Shown: positions 31,201 through 39,497, numbered from the stretch's first letter. The stretch: DNA of 64,000 nucleotides from Candidatus Woesebacteria bacterium (GCA_018060845.1 JAGOVG010000003.1:21759-85758), one strand, 5' to 3'. The notes: generated by a model from the letters alone, not told the origin. Numbers and translations are program-made.

Positions 31201-34200
31201 CTCAAATGGTTCTACTATTGCTGTGTATATCGACGGGCAATTAGACAATAACTCCACATCATTCACCAGTGCAATGACAAATACTGCATCAAGTTTTTAT
31301 GTCGGAGACAGATCAGACATAGCTAATTCAGAGTTCCAAGGTTCATTAGATGAATTAATGATAACTGGCACTGCTTTATCGAGTAGTCAAGTTAGGAATA
31401 TCTATCAAGTTGGCTATCGTGCATTACAAAGTCATACAAGTTCTGGATTAGGTACAGGTGGTGCAGATACTAACCAACAGCTCGGATACATTTCGACAGG
31501 TACTAGCTCTGTAGGTGTAGTTCAACCGGATTACAACAACCAATATATGTACGTAGGTACAAACTCAACAACACTTGGAGCTCTATCAAAAATACAATTG
31601 AACAGTGATACAAATATTAAAACCTACAACTCCAGTGCAAACGTCCCTACTGGCGGTGTTCTTACTTTAGATGAAGACATAACTTCCCTAGCAGTTGGAG
31701 AAACACTGTATGCAGTTGGTTCTGCAGCAAGTGGTGTTAAAACAATGGGACTGGATAACAATGCAACTGCAACTAGTGGTAACTTTGTCAGTAAAACCTA
31801 TGCGCTACCAAAAAATATTGGCTCTGCAGTTCTTTGGGTCTCACCAATTATGGACAGCAACGACGGAAGTAACACAATCACAGTACAGGCAAGTAACGAT
31901 GGTGGTAGTAACTATGCAACTTGTACTCTAGTAAACACAAATACAAATTATGATGCACCAGAACGTGAGTATGCCTGTACATTTACAGCTGCAGACAACG
32001 ACCTAAAAGTTAGATTTCAAATGGCAAGAGGAAACACAAAAACAAATACCTATGTTGTCCAATATGGAATTAGCTGGTTAGGTGAAACTGGTTTTAGAGT
32101 CGAACAAGCTGATAACAACAATGTAAGGTTATATAACTTCTCAGGTGAAGCTCAAAACTTAAAGTTAAACATAACTGGTGCATCAACTTCTGCCCTAGCA
32201 AACCCATGGACAGATGGTGGTAGCTACATTTACGCAACAGGATATGAAACATTAAGAATATATGACGGTGCAGGAACAAATTACTTAGGACTCTCTCATG
32301 ATGGAACATATGCAACATTGGGCTACAATGGTACAGACTTTATCAACCTCACATCAACAGGTGATTTATTACCAGAGACAAATGATACTCAGGCTCTTGG
32401 TTCTGACTCATTTAGATGGGAAGATGTCTTCCTCGGTCCAGGTAGCGTTCACGTTGGAACCTCAACGACTGACGAAGGTGTTATATCTTATGATACATCC
32501 GGTAACATCTTAAATATTGGTACGGATAGTACTAGTAATGGAGATATTGCATTCTTCACCGACGACCTCTATCTAGATAAATCGTCTGGATTTATCGGTC
32601 TCGGCGATATAACTCCAGATTACTTACTTGACGTCGCAGGCACTGCAGGGTTTGACTCAACGCTCACACTTACCGGATCAGCAGCAAATGTCGCACTCGG
32701 ATCAAACTACCTATCAGGCGATGGTGGTGATGAAGGAGTCTATGTTGACTCCAGTGGTAACGTCGGCATTGGGAATGCCTCACCTGACAGACCATTACAA
32801 GTTACGAGATCAACAACAGGCATACCTATGAGATTACAAAACAATTTTACAGATTCATCTGAGTACTGGGTAGTCGGTCCGTCAGACAGTGATAACTTCG
32901 CGATATTTAATGATGCAACAACTGGTATGTATATTGCGTATGGTGCCACCTCTTGGACCGCCAACTCAGACGAACGACTAAAGACTAACATCGAGGCGCT
33001 CACTAGTGTAGAAGGACTGGCATCTCTTCTAGAGTTGACTCCGGTCAACTACAACTGGAAAGACGTTAACACCAATCAGAGCAAGCAAACAGGTTTCTTA
33101 GCTCAAGAAGTCCAGCGTCTCTTCCCAGGACTTGTAAGTTTAGGAGAAACCACAACAATTACGCTTGCTGATGGCTCGACCCAGACGATCGAGGCACCCC
33201 TTGGCGTCAACTACACTGGCTTTATCCCATACATCATCAAAGGGATCCAGGAACAACAAGCACAGATTAGTCAGATGTTCCAAAATCTCATTACACCTCA
33301 AGTTAATACCGCCATGATATCCCCTCTCGCTCCAGGGCAGTCCATCGAGATCACAGCCCCCGTCGTCATCTCACCCACAACTCCCAACCTAGACACGCCA
33401 ACTCTCATCGTTGATGGTGAGATTGAGGCCACGACCATCTCTGCTCGTGTAGCTCAGTTAGAAACCATCCGTGCCGAGACAATTACCGCCAGAGACATAG
33501 TAGCCGACACTATCACTGCCAACTCAATTGTCGGTCTAGATGCCAAAATAGCTAGTCTCTCAGCCGGGATCAGCGAATCAGATTTCGACTCGATCTCCGA
33601 GCGGATCAGATCTAGATTAGCGAGCCTGACTGGTGGCGAGGCAAATGCCCAGGACGTCCCCGCTCCTCCCTCTATTCCTGAGACAGTAATCGAATACTCA
33701 GAGCTATCCACTGCCTCAGCTACGCTAGCTACTGCCGACATAGACTTTGTCACAGTCAATCAGTATCTCGCTGTCATCGGCTCAGCCACCATCACTAGTT
33801 TGGATATAACTAGTGACCTCTATACTAATAGAATAGGTAGCAAGGATAACCTCCTCGCCATCCAGCCACTCGGTGGGATAGTCAACATAGCAGACAGCAC
33901 ATTTGTTGTAGATAGTAGCGGCCAGGTCATGGTCAACGGCGACTTAACAGTCTCCGGACGCATCCTAGCCGAATCAGGCAACCTAGGTTCGCTTGAACTA
34001 GGTTCGCCATTGGACGCTTCAGCTAGTAGCGCGCTAGGCAACCTCCTCTCTATCTACAACGAGCAGGGACAAGCGGTCGCAACTATAGACGCTTCAGGCA
34101 GTGCCAATCTAGCGGGTCTCACCACCCAGCTAGTAACCATCGCATCAGGTGGAACCTCCGCCACTCAGTCAGGACTGATCTCAAGTCAGACGAGTAGCAA

Positions 34201-34453
34201 CTCAACCGCAGGTGTCAGCACCCTCCTCTCACCCGACACTGAGCTAACGATCGATAGTCCCTATGTCACTGCCAACTCCCTAGTCTATTTGACACCTACC
34301 ACAAATACTGACAACAAAGTTCTTTTTGTCAAAGCTAAGGTTAGTTGTCCCGAAGAATCTGAACTATGCACACCATCATTCACAGTCGGGATAGATGCAC
34401 CAGCGTCGACTGACATCGGCTTTAACTGGTGGATAATCGAGCTCAAACAATGA
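25244..34453 (+). CDS. Giant (3069 aa) single-pass membrane surface protein. Two N-terminal phage-integrase SAM-like domains, TM, Gly/Thr/Asn-rich beta-repeat ectodomain with LamG-like domain and S74-type intramolecular chaperone domain.
   Basis: Uninterrupted 9.2-kb ORF. Two N-terminal repeats resemble the XerD N-terminal domain (LTAFRTYLASLGLSSISRKLYSADI and YLKDNHLTDSSIRSYKSDITQYLTYL). TM at about aa 272-298. LamG/ConA-like segment at about 30.88-31.41 kb (WHHVAITSNGSTIAVYIDGQ...LDELMI). SDERLKTNI...VNYNWKD at 32.96-33.25 kb matches the PF13884 tail-fibre chaperone motif. Confidence 0.75.
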   Translation: MKNTVQLPSTHTALLTAFRTYLASLGLSSISRKLYSADIARLLASSLFSDLNVATLTNPKNYASYLSQPELTSSSTLLRRTLASLRQFGTFLNQSFDLPSPITNLSLASNTLSNTISNSSSKYIKACMEYLKDNHLTDSSIRSYKSDITQYLTYLESHHPSTQIGSLLTDKNLQNYTDLLTHLDTQSPATIERKIKTIRRFLNWYSSTKLQVVVSDNTKIPASSSHISPLSSSVQVNGVNSAQAELYSDQPQTQLPDHKYNNVKTSNYRKLRLPTLRMILSGVILLVLVSTLSIFSYRQFGRDASLTAAFPSTPVTPNRQLSFQGRLENASGTPITAATNFVFKLHDASSGGSELYSSGTCSITPDTDGVFSTQIGGTCGAGIASSVFTENADVWLEVTVGAETLTPRQQIATVAYALNSETIQGFPISATVSAIRNTVVPMNQWGEIIVGEQSPRLTGVSGTFQISAPSLSLVTATGTNGNITLAPDGTGQVNVNGNTTTTNFFNVSNAQLTTGSLITGTAANNNTGFNLLDLLSGASPTSKFSVSDSGDTTIAGTLSLPNSNNMTGVANGVQFNEGIFVGGGTTYYFDVGGELNAAGGAFSNGLSIINDSALSAFGQVNLGDGGETIHLNGTSITLTGFDCTGNTNGGALTTNGSGVLQCSDDDGGGGGSGGLWQDTTLGAISPNNSTWDVLVGGTATSSAKIGLININSGTPTINLANQASNLAVIDNTSNALRILEGANNYLALTTTNASENLSFGNTTTNPTFSFLGTGLTTLSGGLTVNGITTIGNNSATVAINSSDWDITTVGNMSGIGTISSDGDWTNSQATPSIFLTDSTASSDDYSVNVDANVFNITNATDSRIELDFAGNGSINFGDNTATKTIDIGGVTSSAIDTINIGTNATAADIISIGNNHASTTLALTGGTAWSITTAGNLTTNNTTVNGNTILGNAITDTIDFQGRVLQDADLIPITTTGTNDLGSSALAWDNLYTNAAYFAGGTSFYVDASGNARFNDIIAADTANPGITVGDGSTGFLKVGSLTVGDNNASVVTFDTNSDATPEFQLYNTGSATASGDITMGGQLQVGRFENTPTAIGAGTMIFNTTTNSFQCYNGTAWTSCGGTLFSNSNASVADGSYITVTHNLASNDLLSNAWINAQGVWKSLDASYKPAIAWEGKDTQKGIYHNALNSYIPSSETGTGTNTLHEGMIFDTFEDTTKTDSANTTVSTNQQIGDDGSSNFVTLDQRIQGGRVGLVGGQTLSTGETDNDGQAYLGSNTVNDMYYYDRAKDSVPEVLVELGIDPNWYNGVTLSVATGSASYSQSGTLADKNPNLTTTYNGSLIKATGTDSTPRTIFITIKSPTTFDWTNYEGDSATAVTITPGTAQALGSTGVSATFTATNYNVGDVFKIASWYIEAESATRGAKQQFPERSYVVASGTAGAGFIDVIDADTQKLWIKFTEGTGYYLRSTANRVPHTVDMLNGKLYFGQKDSNNGILERINFDTDSLHLWTPSAKYTYDQGISQRNTASNILTINTTETTVANDVNDVSAAVIPNQPSQQMTLTGWRVHPGNGTATLTSGVDFQYPFTDTPQIQVSIVGRTTSTTTPKSLKDCSTNVDSATISAYNNNPANFYARFSNTTFSASYNYCFVWSATGTVAPKQIVAVATGTTGADGGTTIINETDGKKADILIGSQNASVLWQNKVALAQDGTLYVVLNNQSTATTLNVYAGASGIPEVISQEPTWAAYRNGFYYLDLQTQGWSATGPVIKGVGTNSDEVKSLSVTSGTSSISPGANTIYVGTSTGVTVLNEANIEPDYNSDEPSNGSVKYYTKDYVSEEMIGDVRGMWGMYDTDTDIDTAETTDDVSIKNLNLTANNANSTGFTSTSGVRGEGITFDGTDDYFSRADDASLSFSNNTMSASYWVKRNGNPSSAEYIMLKGITTWEYASAITTAGKIISWLFTSAGATVATVTSNLSVTDNEWHHVAITSNGSTIAVYIDGQLDNNSTSFTSAMTNTASSFYVGDRSDIANSEFQGSLDELMITGTALSSSQVRNIYQVGYRALQSHTSSGLGTGGADTNQQLGYISTGTSSVGVVQPDYNNQYMYVGTNSTTLGALSKIQLNSDTNIKTYNSSANVPTGGVLTLDEDITSLAVGETLYAVGSAASGVKTMGLDNNATATSGNFVSKTYALPKNIGSAVLWVSPIMDSNDGSNTITVQASNDGGSNYATCTLVNTNTNYDAPEREYACTFTAADNDLKVRFQMARGNTKTNTYVVQYGISWLGETGFRVEQADNNNVRLYNFSGEAQNLKLNITGASTSALANPWTDGGSYIYATGYETLRIYDGAGTNYLGLSHDGTYATLGYNGTDFINLTSTGDLLPETNDTQALGSDSFRWEDVFLGPGSVHVGTSTTDEGVISYDTSGNILNIGTDSTSNGDIAFFTDDLYLDKSSGFIGLGDITPDYLLDVAGTAGFDSTLTLTGSAANVALGSNYLSGDGGDEGVYVDSSGNVGIGNASPDRPLQVTRSTTGIPMRLQNNFTDSSEYWVVGPSDSDNFAIFNDATTGMYIAYGATSWTANSDERLKTNIEALTSVEGLASLLELTPVNYNWKDVNTNQSKQTGFLAQEVQRLFPGLVSLGETTTITLADGSTQTIEAPLGVNYTGFIPYIIKGIQEQQAQISQMFQNLITPQVNTAMISPLAPGQSIEITAPVVISPTTPNLDTPTLIVDGEIEATTISARVAQLETIRAETITARDIVADTITANSIVGLDAKIASLSAGISESDFDSISERIRSRLASLTGGEANAQDVPAPPSIPETVIEYSELSTASATLATADIDFVTVNQYLAVIGSATITSLDITSDLYTNRIGSKDNLLAIQPLGGIVNIADSTFVVDSSGQVMVNGDLTVSGRILAESGNLGSLELGSPLDASASSALGNLLSIYNEQGQAVATIDASGSANLAGLTTQLVTIASGGTSATQSGLISSQTSSNSTAGVSTLLSPDTELTIDSPYVTANSLVYLTPTTNTDNKVLFVKAKVSCPEESELCTPSFTVGIDAPASTDIGFNWWIIELKQ

Positions 34454-35151
34454 GACAATCAATGTGGTTTAATAGATCTATGCTCAACTCTAGACGACGT
34501 GGTTTTACATTAATCGAATTACTAGTAGTTTTGGCTATCCTAGCTATCTTAATGATAATTGCTTTGAGTATGGTTCAGACCAATAGAGACAAAGCAGTAG
34601 ATAGCAAAATTAAAGCCGATCTTCAAAGGTTAAAGATTGTCTTCGAAGATTACCATGCTGACAACGGCTGCTACCCGCCACCCAGTTTTTTCGACGATCC
34701 TAGTGATTGTGGCGCTAGCCACCTCGCTCCATACTTAAGCACGATTCCCTGCAATCAAAAAGGCGGTAATCCCTACACTCTCGAACGTGACCCCACAGGG
34801 TGTGAGTGGTTCAAGATTTATGCTGATCTATCACTCTCAACCGATCCTCAAGCCCTAGAACTCTGTTCACCCTCTGGATCCAGTCTTGGCAACTATGCAA
34901 CCAGCTCAGACAACGTAGTCCCGAGTGTCCTGTGTGATGCTCAACCTAGCTCATCTGCGCCGAGCTCTGCTCCGGGTGTGTCACCATTACCACAAGGTCA
35001 CAACTACTATTACTGCAGTGCACAGGGCAACTGCACCAGTTTTAACGAAGAATCTCACGTCTGTACACCCTATTTTGTAGATAATCCTAACTGCAATGGA
35101 ACCATCAGTCCTTGCACTACTCAGTTTGTTGGATCTTGCACCTCGCTATAA
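34450..35151 (+). CDS. Type IV pilin-like protein (prepilin N-terminal cleavage/methylation domain) with Cys-rich C-terminal domain
   Basis: GFTLIELLVVLAILAILMIIAL carries G-1/F+1 and Glu+5. The leader is about 18 aa. The ATG overlaps the giant gene's TGA as ATGA. The C-terminal domain has 14 Cys. Alternative start ATG 34480. Confidence 0.75.
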   Translation: MRQSMWFNRSMLNSRRRGFTLIELLVVLAILAILMIIALSMVQTNRDKAVDSKIKADLQRLKIVFEDYHADNGCYPPPSFFDDPSDCGASHLAPYLSTIPCNQKGGNPYTLERDPTGCEWFKIYADLSLSTDPQALELCSPSGSSLGNYATSSDNVVPSVLCDAQPSSSAPSSAPGVSPLPQGHNYYYCSAQGNCTSFNEESHVCTPYFVDNPNCNGTISPCTTQFVGSCTSL

Positions 35152-35169
35152 ATTACAAACTATCGTAAC

Positions 35170-37053
35170 ATGATATATATGACTACAAAATCTATATTAC
35201 TGGTCACACTAATCACACTGTGCTCGCTCTTCTTTTGGACAATCACCCCTAACTATTTTGCGACCCCAAAAGAGGTTGTCTACTCACTAGTTATATTAGT
35301 AATTGGCATTATCACAATACACTCCCTACTAGTCAAAAAAACTCTCCGTCTCCCAAGCATCTATACTATTGCCCCACTCATTTTGTTCATAGTATCAGTT
35401 ACTTTATCTCTCATTTTCAACCCAGAGGGGAGGCCAGAAGCACTAGGCAGCAAAGCTAGCATTCTCCTATCTCTACCAATTATCGCTCTATACTTTAATT
35501 ACCACGCAACTAGCGCTCTCTCCAAGATCCTAATCAACAGCCTCGTCTGGGTCGGCTCACTCCTCTCTCTCCACAGCCTACTTTCACTAATTACACTGTC
35601 CAAACTAATCTGGTTACCACAGTACATGCAATCACAGGCTTTCACGCCGACTGGCTCATACCTCACTACCCTCTTCCTCATCGCAGTTAGTCTATCGATC
35701 TCAATCTACCAGCTCAAAAAGAATACTCAAGGCGTCTATTACAAGGTTGCACTCCTCATCATCCACATTGTCGCAATCGTTGCAATCGTGGCACAGATGC
35801 TACCTGGCAACCCACTCTCACCACAACTCTTACCTTACGGTTCGAGCTGGAGCATCGCGCTAGATGCCCTCAAATCGATCAGATCACTATTTTTTGGGAT
35901 TGGTATTTCCAACTATAGTCTCCTCTATACCAGTGTCAGACCTCTCGCAATTAATGCAAGCGAACTATTTAATCTACTACCTCAGAGTGCGACCAGCGAA
36001 TTTCTCACCATTCTGCCGACCGCAGGCCTACTCACCTCAATATCACTGATTTATTTGATGCTAAAAACGGTCTATCAATCTCGTGCAACATTGCTTTTTG
36101 CACCTACAATACTCACAGTTATTACTTTCTTCCTTATCCCCTCCTCCCTGATCCAGTATCTCTTACTCTTTACTATTTATGGACTCGTCTCAAGAGAGCC
36201 GAGCACAGATCACGTTTCGCTCAAACACAAAAGTAATATTATAATTTCTATTCTAGTATTATTTTTAACAGGAGCTTATCTCTACCCAACAGTTTCCAAC
36301 TACGTAAGTGAATATTTCATTAATCGCGCGCGCGTTGCAACCATAGCAGGTGAGAGTCAAAAAGCCTACGAATCTCATCTTAGAGCACTCTCTATCTCGC
36401 CACGTATCAGCAACTACTACATTAGTTTTGCCGATATCAACTTTAGGCTAGCTCTCGCACTCTCGCAAAAACCAAATCTAAGCGAAGAAGAGCGCCAAAA
36501 CGTATCGAGGTTAATCCAACAGAGTATCGAATCATGCAAAAATGCCATCGCGCTAAGACCCAATGATAGTCGATCTTGGGTAGCGCTAGCCAAGATTTAT
36601 CAAAATTTAATCACTGTCGCTCAGGGTGCAGATAATTTTGCCCTAGAGGCATACACCAAAGCAGTCTCACTAGACCGTGCTAACCCTGAGCTTAGGGTTG
36701 AGCTGGGCAATCTCTTCTCACAACTAGCTTCGCTTCCCAAGAATGCTTCTAGCTCGAGCGCTTTGAGGGAGCGAGCTCTCAACGAGATCTCAACTTCCCT
36801 CCAGCTCAAGAACGACTTTGCTGCAGCATATTACAGCCTTGCTCGGATTTTTGTCCAAACCAACGAGACCGATAAGGCTCAGGCAGCATATGACCTAGCA
36901 CTCAAATACCTCGATCCAAATAGCCCAGAATATGCTCGAGTTCTTTCCGAAAAGAACCAGCCAGAGATCACAAAGACACCCTCACCAACCCCACTCCCAT
37001 CACCAATTGGTGGTGCAGCACTAAATCTGCCTACAGCAGAATCAAATAACTAA
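35170..37053 (+). CDS. Polytopic membrane protein with C-terminal TPR repeats (O-antigen ligase/Wzy_C-like; candidate pilin glycosyltransferase)
   Basis: At least 10 predicted TM helices in the N-terminal 400 aa. Then TPR-like repeats (AYESHLRALSISP..., ALRPNDSRSWVALAKIYQNL, AAAYYSLARIFVQTNETDKAQAAYDLALKY). It lies directly downstream of the pilin gene. Confidence 0.4.
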   Translation: MIYMTTKSILLVTLITLCSLFFWTITPNYFATPKEVVYSLVILVIGIITIHSLLVKKTLRLPSIYTIAPLILFIVSVTLSLIFNPEGRPEALGSKASILLSLPIIALYFNYHATSALSKILINSLVWVGSLLSLHSLLSLITLSKLIWLPQYMQSQAFTPTGSYLTTLFLIAVSLSISIYQLKKNTQGVYYKVALLIIHIVAIVAIVAQMLPGNPLSPQLLPYGSSWSIALDALKSIRSLFFGIGISNYSLLYTSVRPLAINASELFNLLPQSATSEFLTILPTAGLLTSISLIYLMLKTVYQSRATLLFAPTILTVITFFLIPSSLIQYLLLFTIYGLVSREPSTDHVSLKHKSNIIISILVLFLTGAYLYPTVSNYVSEYFINRARVATIAGESQKAYESHLRALSISPRISNYYISFADINFRLALALSQKPNLSEEERQNVSRLIQQSIESCKNAIALRPNDSRSWVALAKIYQNLITVAQGADNFALEAYTKAVSLDRANPELRVELGNLFSQLASLPKNASSSSALRERALNEISTSLQLKNDFAAAYYSLARIFVQTNETDKAQAAYDLALKYLDPNSPEYARVLSEKNQPEITKTPSPTPLPSPIGGAALNLPTAESNN

Positions 37054-37055
37054 AT

Positions 37056-37814
37056 ATGAAAGCTCGAAATACAAAATCCTGGAAAACACTCATAATCCCC
37101 ACTCTCGTAGTCGTGATTACCTTGCTCTATCTCTTCATCAAACCTAAGCCGATCCAGATCGCCGAAATTACTAATGTCCCAGGCAGCGTATCACTAACTC
37201 TGAGCGCCACATCTCCACAGCTCAAGCTCAACCAGCCCAGTACAGTCACACTCTCATATAGCTCTCCAACCGAAAGATTCACCGCCATCCAGACCGATAT
37301 TATCTTTGATCCGACCTACTTTAATGTCTCATCATTTACCCCCTCTCCCACCATGGAGGCCATCCTCCAGACTGCTACTGTCAAAAATGGCAATACTATT
37401 TCTTTTGCTTACGGGGTCGCACCTGGTAGTCAGGGTTTAATCGGTAGCGGTAGCATCATGAGCTTTACTGTCACACCAAAAAAAACTGGCTCTAGCCCGC
37501 TAACTCTGCAGAATACCTTAGTCGCGACAATAGGTCGTCCCACCAACGCTCTCCAGAGCGTGGCTAATCCCACATTTACCGTGATCAACCCATCCCCCTC
37601 AATATCCCCCACACCGAGCCCCACTCCCTTACCTTCAATTACTCCGACACCTAGTCCAGTGCCCTCTCCTTCACCATCTCCCACCTATAAGGCAGGTGAT
37701 CTCAATAAAGATGGTCAGGTCAACTTTGTCGACTTTAATGTACTCATTACCGACTTTGGGACCAAATATCACATTGTCGACTTTAACAACATCATTACCA
37801 ACTATGGCAAGTAG
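37056..37814 (+). CDS. Cohesin-like domain protein with C-terminal dockerin-like module (adaptor-scaffoldin-like)
   Basis: N-terminal TM or signal. Cohesin-like segment VTLSYSSPTERFTAIQTDIIFDPTYFNVSS...ISFAYGVAPGSQGLIGSGSIMSFTVTPKKTGSSPLTL. PT linker. Then KAGDLNKDGQVNFVDFNVLITDFGTKYHIVDFNNIITNYGK. Confidence 0.5.
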   Translation: MKARNTKSWKTLIIPTLVVVITLLYLFIKPKPIQIAEITNVPGSVSLTLSATSPQLKLNQPSTVTLSYSSPTERFTAIQTDIIFDPTYFNVSSFTPSPTMEAILQTATVKNGNTISFAYGVAPGSQGLIGSGSIMSFTVTPKKTGSSPLTLQNTLVATIGRPTNALQSVANPTFTVINPSPSISPTPSPTPLPSITPTPSPVPSPSPSPTYKAGDLNKDGQVNFVDFNVLITDFGTKYHIVDFNNIITNYGK

Positions 37815-37852
37815 TTGTTTGCATACCTCGCAAATAATGCTACATTAGTTAT

Positions 37853-39247
37853 ATGAAGAAAAAGATCACTCGTACCAAAGCTAAAGTTTCCAAGAGGATC
37901 AAGTCCAAATCAACCTCCCTTTCTCCACTCCCACTCATCTTAGTTTTAGCCTTAATCATTATCTCAGGCTACTATGTCTACCGCTCACTCCTATCCAGTT
38001 CTAGTACCCCGATCCAGATCGCCGAGATCAAAAATGCCACCGGGTCGGTTAATCTAAACTTAAATAGCACTAAGACTTCCCTCGCCCCTAACCAGGATGC
38101 AACAGTTACCTTAACCTACGACTCCCCAACCGACAAATTAACAGTCATTAGTGGTGAGATCAGCTACGACCCCGCAGTCTTGACTGTTAGCAACTTTGTC
38201 AAAGGCGATGGTTTCCCCACCGAGTTTGCAGCAGCCACAGCCGCAAATGGCAAAATAACCTTTACCTACGGCGTCGCGGTCGCCGCCGGATCAGGTTTAA
38301 CTGGTCAAGGCAATATCTTGACATTCAAAGTCAGATCCAAGGCAGTCGGCTCCTCCACCCTCGCAATCACTGATGCTACCCAAGTACTCGTAACTGGCAA
38401 CAGCAATAATGCACTTCGTGAGATTACCAATACTACAGTCGCAGTTGCAGACCCAGCAGTAAGCCCCTCCACTGCCGCGAGCGCTGCAGTCTCTCCATCA
38501 CCCAGTACCACTGTAACAGTTAGTCCGAGCCCAGCGGTATCTCCATCTGCAGCTGCATCCATTATTCCCTCAACTCCTGCCTCTGCCTCACCTATTGCTA
38601 GCGTGCCAGTAGTCCAAAAACCGGCCGCTCCCACTAACCTCGTATACAACTGCTACAGTGACGGCAAAAGGATCACCTTGCGCTGGAATGCAGTTGCCAA
38701 TGTTGATAGCTACGAAGTAGTCTTTGACCAAAAAGATGGCGACAACGACCAGACAAAGTCAGCCACTCGCGCCGAGATCGACCTAGATATCAAAAATAAC
38801 ACGAATTACAAATGGAGTGTTGTTAGCGTTAAGGATGGTGTTAAGAGCGATGCCAGCAGTGTAAATGATATTAAGTGTAGTGGTGACGTCGCACAAGCTG
38901 CTACCCCTACTCCTACTCCCACGCCAACAACTACTCCCACACCCACCCCAGCTCCAACCAAAAAACCTATTACAGAGCAGATTGCAGGTATCTTCAAACC
39001 CAAGTCTCCCTCACCTACTCCTACCCCCAAGCCAACCTTAGCTCCGACAGACTTTACTACGCCCAACCAGAATAGTAATGTCATTGCCACACCCACTCCA
39101 ACACCTGGCAGCCTCGGCGACATCTTTACTTCCCCCTCAGCTACTCCAGTCGTCGCAGCCAACACGAACAATACCAGCTTCTTCTCCAAAATCCTCTTAG
39201 GATGGCAAGCACTCTTCATTAGATTCATCGAAACGCTGACAAATTAA
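37853..39247 (+). CDS. Cohesin-like domain, FN3-like domain and Pro/Thr-rich linker surface protein
   Basis: N-terminal TM. Cohesin-like segment VTLTYDSPTDKLTVISGEISYDPAVLTVSNFVKGDGF...KITFTYGVAVAAGSGLTGQGNILTFKVRSKAVGSSTLAI. FN3-like NLVYNCYSDGKRITLRWNAVANVDSYEVVF. Long PTPTPT linker. Confidence 0.5.
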   Translation: MKKKITRTKAKVSKRIKSKSTSLSPLPLILVLALIIISGYYVYRSLLSSSSTPIQIAEIKNATGSVNLNLNSTKTSLAPNQDATVTLTYDSPTDKLTVISGEISYDPAVLTVSNFVKGDGFPTEFAAATAANGKITFTYGVAVAAGSGLTGQGNILTFKVRSKAVGSSTLAITDATQVLVTGNSNNALREITNTTVAVADPAVSPSTAASAAVSPSPSTTVTVSPSPAVSPSAAASIIPSTPASASPIASVPVVQKPAAPTNLVYNCYSDGKRITLRWNAVANVDSYEVVFDQKDGDNDQTKSATRAEIDLDIKNNTNYKWSVVSVKDGVKSDASSVNDIKCSGDVAQAATPTPTPTPTTTPTPTPAPTKKPITEQIAGIFKPKSPSPTPTPKPTLAPTDFTTPNQNSNVIATPTPTPGSLGDIFTSPSATPVVAANTNNTSFFSKILLGWQALFIRFIETLTN

Positions 39248-39358
39248 TCTCGAGTTGTAGTAAAATATCATCTACCAGGGACCTTATAGCTTGCACATCA
39301 AGTGCAGTATGCACATGAGAAATGCCTCCAGACACGAAGTAGTCTGGGAGACCAGTTG

Positions 39359-39390
39359 GTAGAGCGTCCCGATGGACATCGGGGAGGTAA
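39359..39390 (+). repeat. 32-nt direct repeat copy 1 (GTAGAGCGTCCCGATGGACATCGGGGAGGTAA) inside a degenerate tRNA-like sequence
   Basis: Identical to 39764-39795. Contains a 6-bp stem / 4-nt loop hairpin (CCCGAT ggac ATCGGG). Preceded by a tRNA D-arm-like CCAGTTGGTAGAGCG. Confidence 0.6.
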
Positions 39391-39421
39391 CCCTAGTCTT
39401 AACAATCAAATAGATATGCTT

Positions 39422-39497
39422 GGGCCCTTAGCTCAGTTGGTAGAGCGCTTCTATGGCATAGAAGAGGTAAGCGGTTCGATCCCGCTAGGGTCCACCA
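39422..39497 (+). tRNA. tRNA-Ala (anticodon GGC), CCA encoded
   Basis: Cloverleaf: acceptor GGGCCCT/AGGGTCC with the G3:U70 Ala identity pair. D-arm GCTC AGTTGGTA GAGC. Anticodon arm CTTCT ATGGCAT AGAAG. T-arm AGCGG TTCGATC CCGCT. Discriminator A plus CCA. 76 nt. Confidence 0.85.

Noticed and set aside
26212-33759. Numerous ORFs inside the giant gene (26212-26439, 26229-26459, 26773-26955, 27130-27474, 27475-27720, 27775-28212, 28143-28370, 28364-28801, 28605-28811, 28710-28895, 30087-30311, 31695-31931, 32094-32318, 32298-32513, 32628-32831, 32740-33048, 33454-33759)
   Set aside because: These are alternative-frame ORFs within a continuous 9.2-kb coding frame and are repeat-driven. The long frame is the parsimonious gene.
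34429-34449. ATG 34429 start for the pilin ORF
   Set aside because: It would overlap the giant gene by 25 nt. The ATG at 34450 forms an ATGA overlap with the upstream stop, which is classic translational coupling, and still gives a plausible prepilin leader.
39343-39400. Possible second intact tRNA upstream of tRNA-Ala
   Set aside because: The D-arm-like and variable-loop-like segments are present, but the anticodon arm is a 6-bp/4-nt hairpin and the T-arm is absent. It cannot fold into a cloverleaf, so it is treated as a degenerate tRNA-like repeat.
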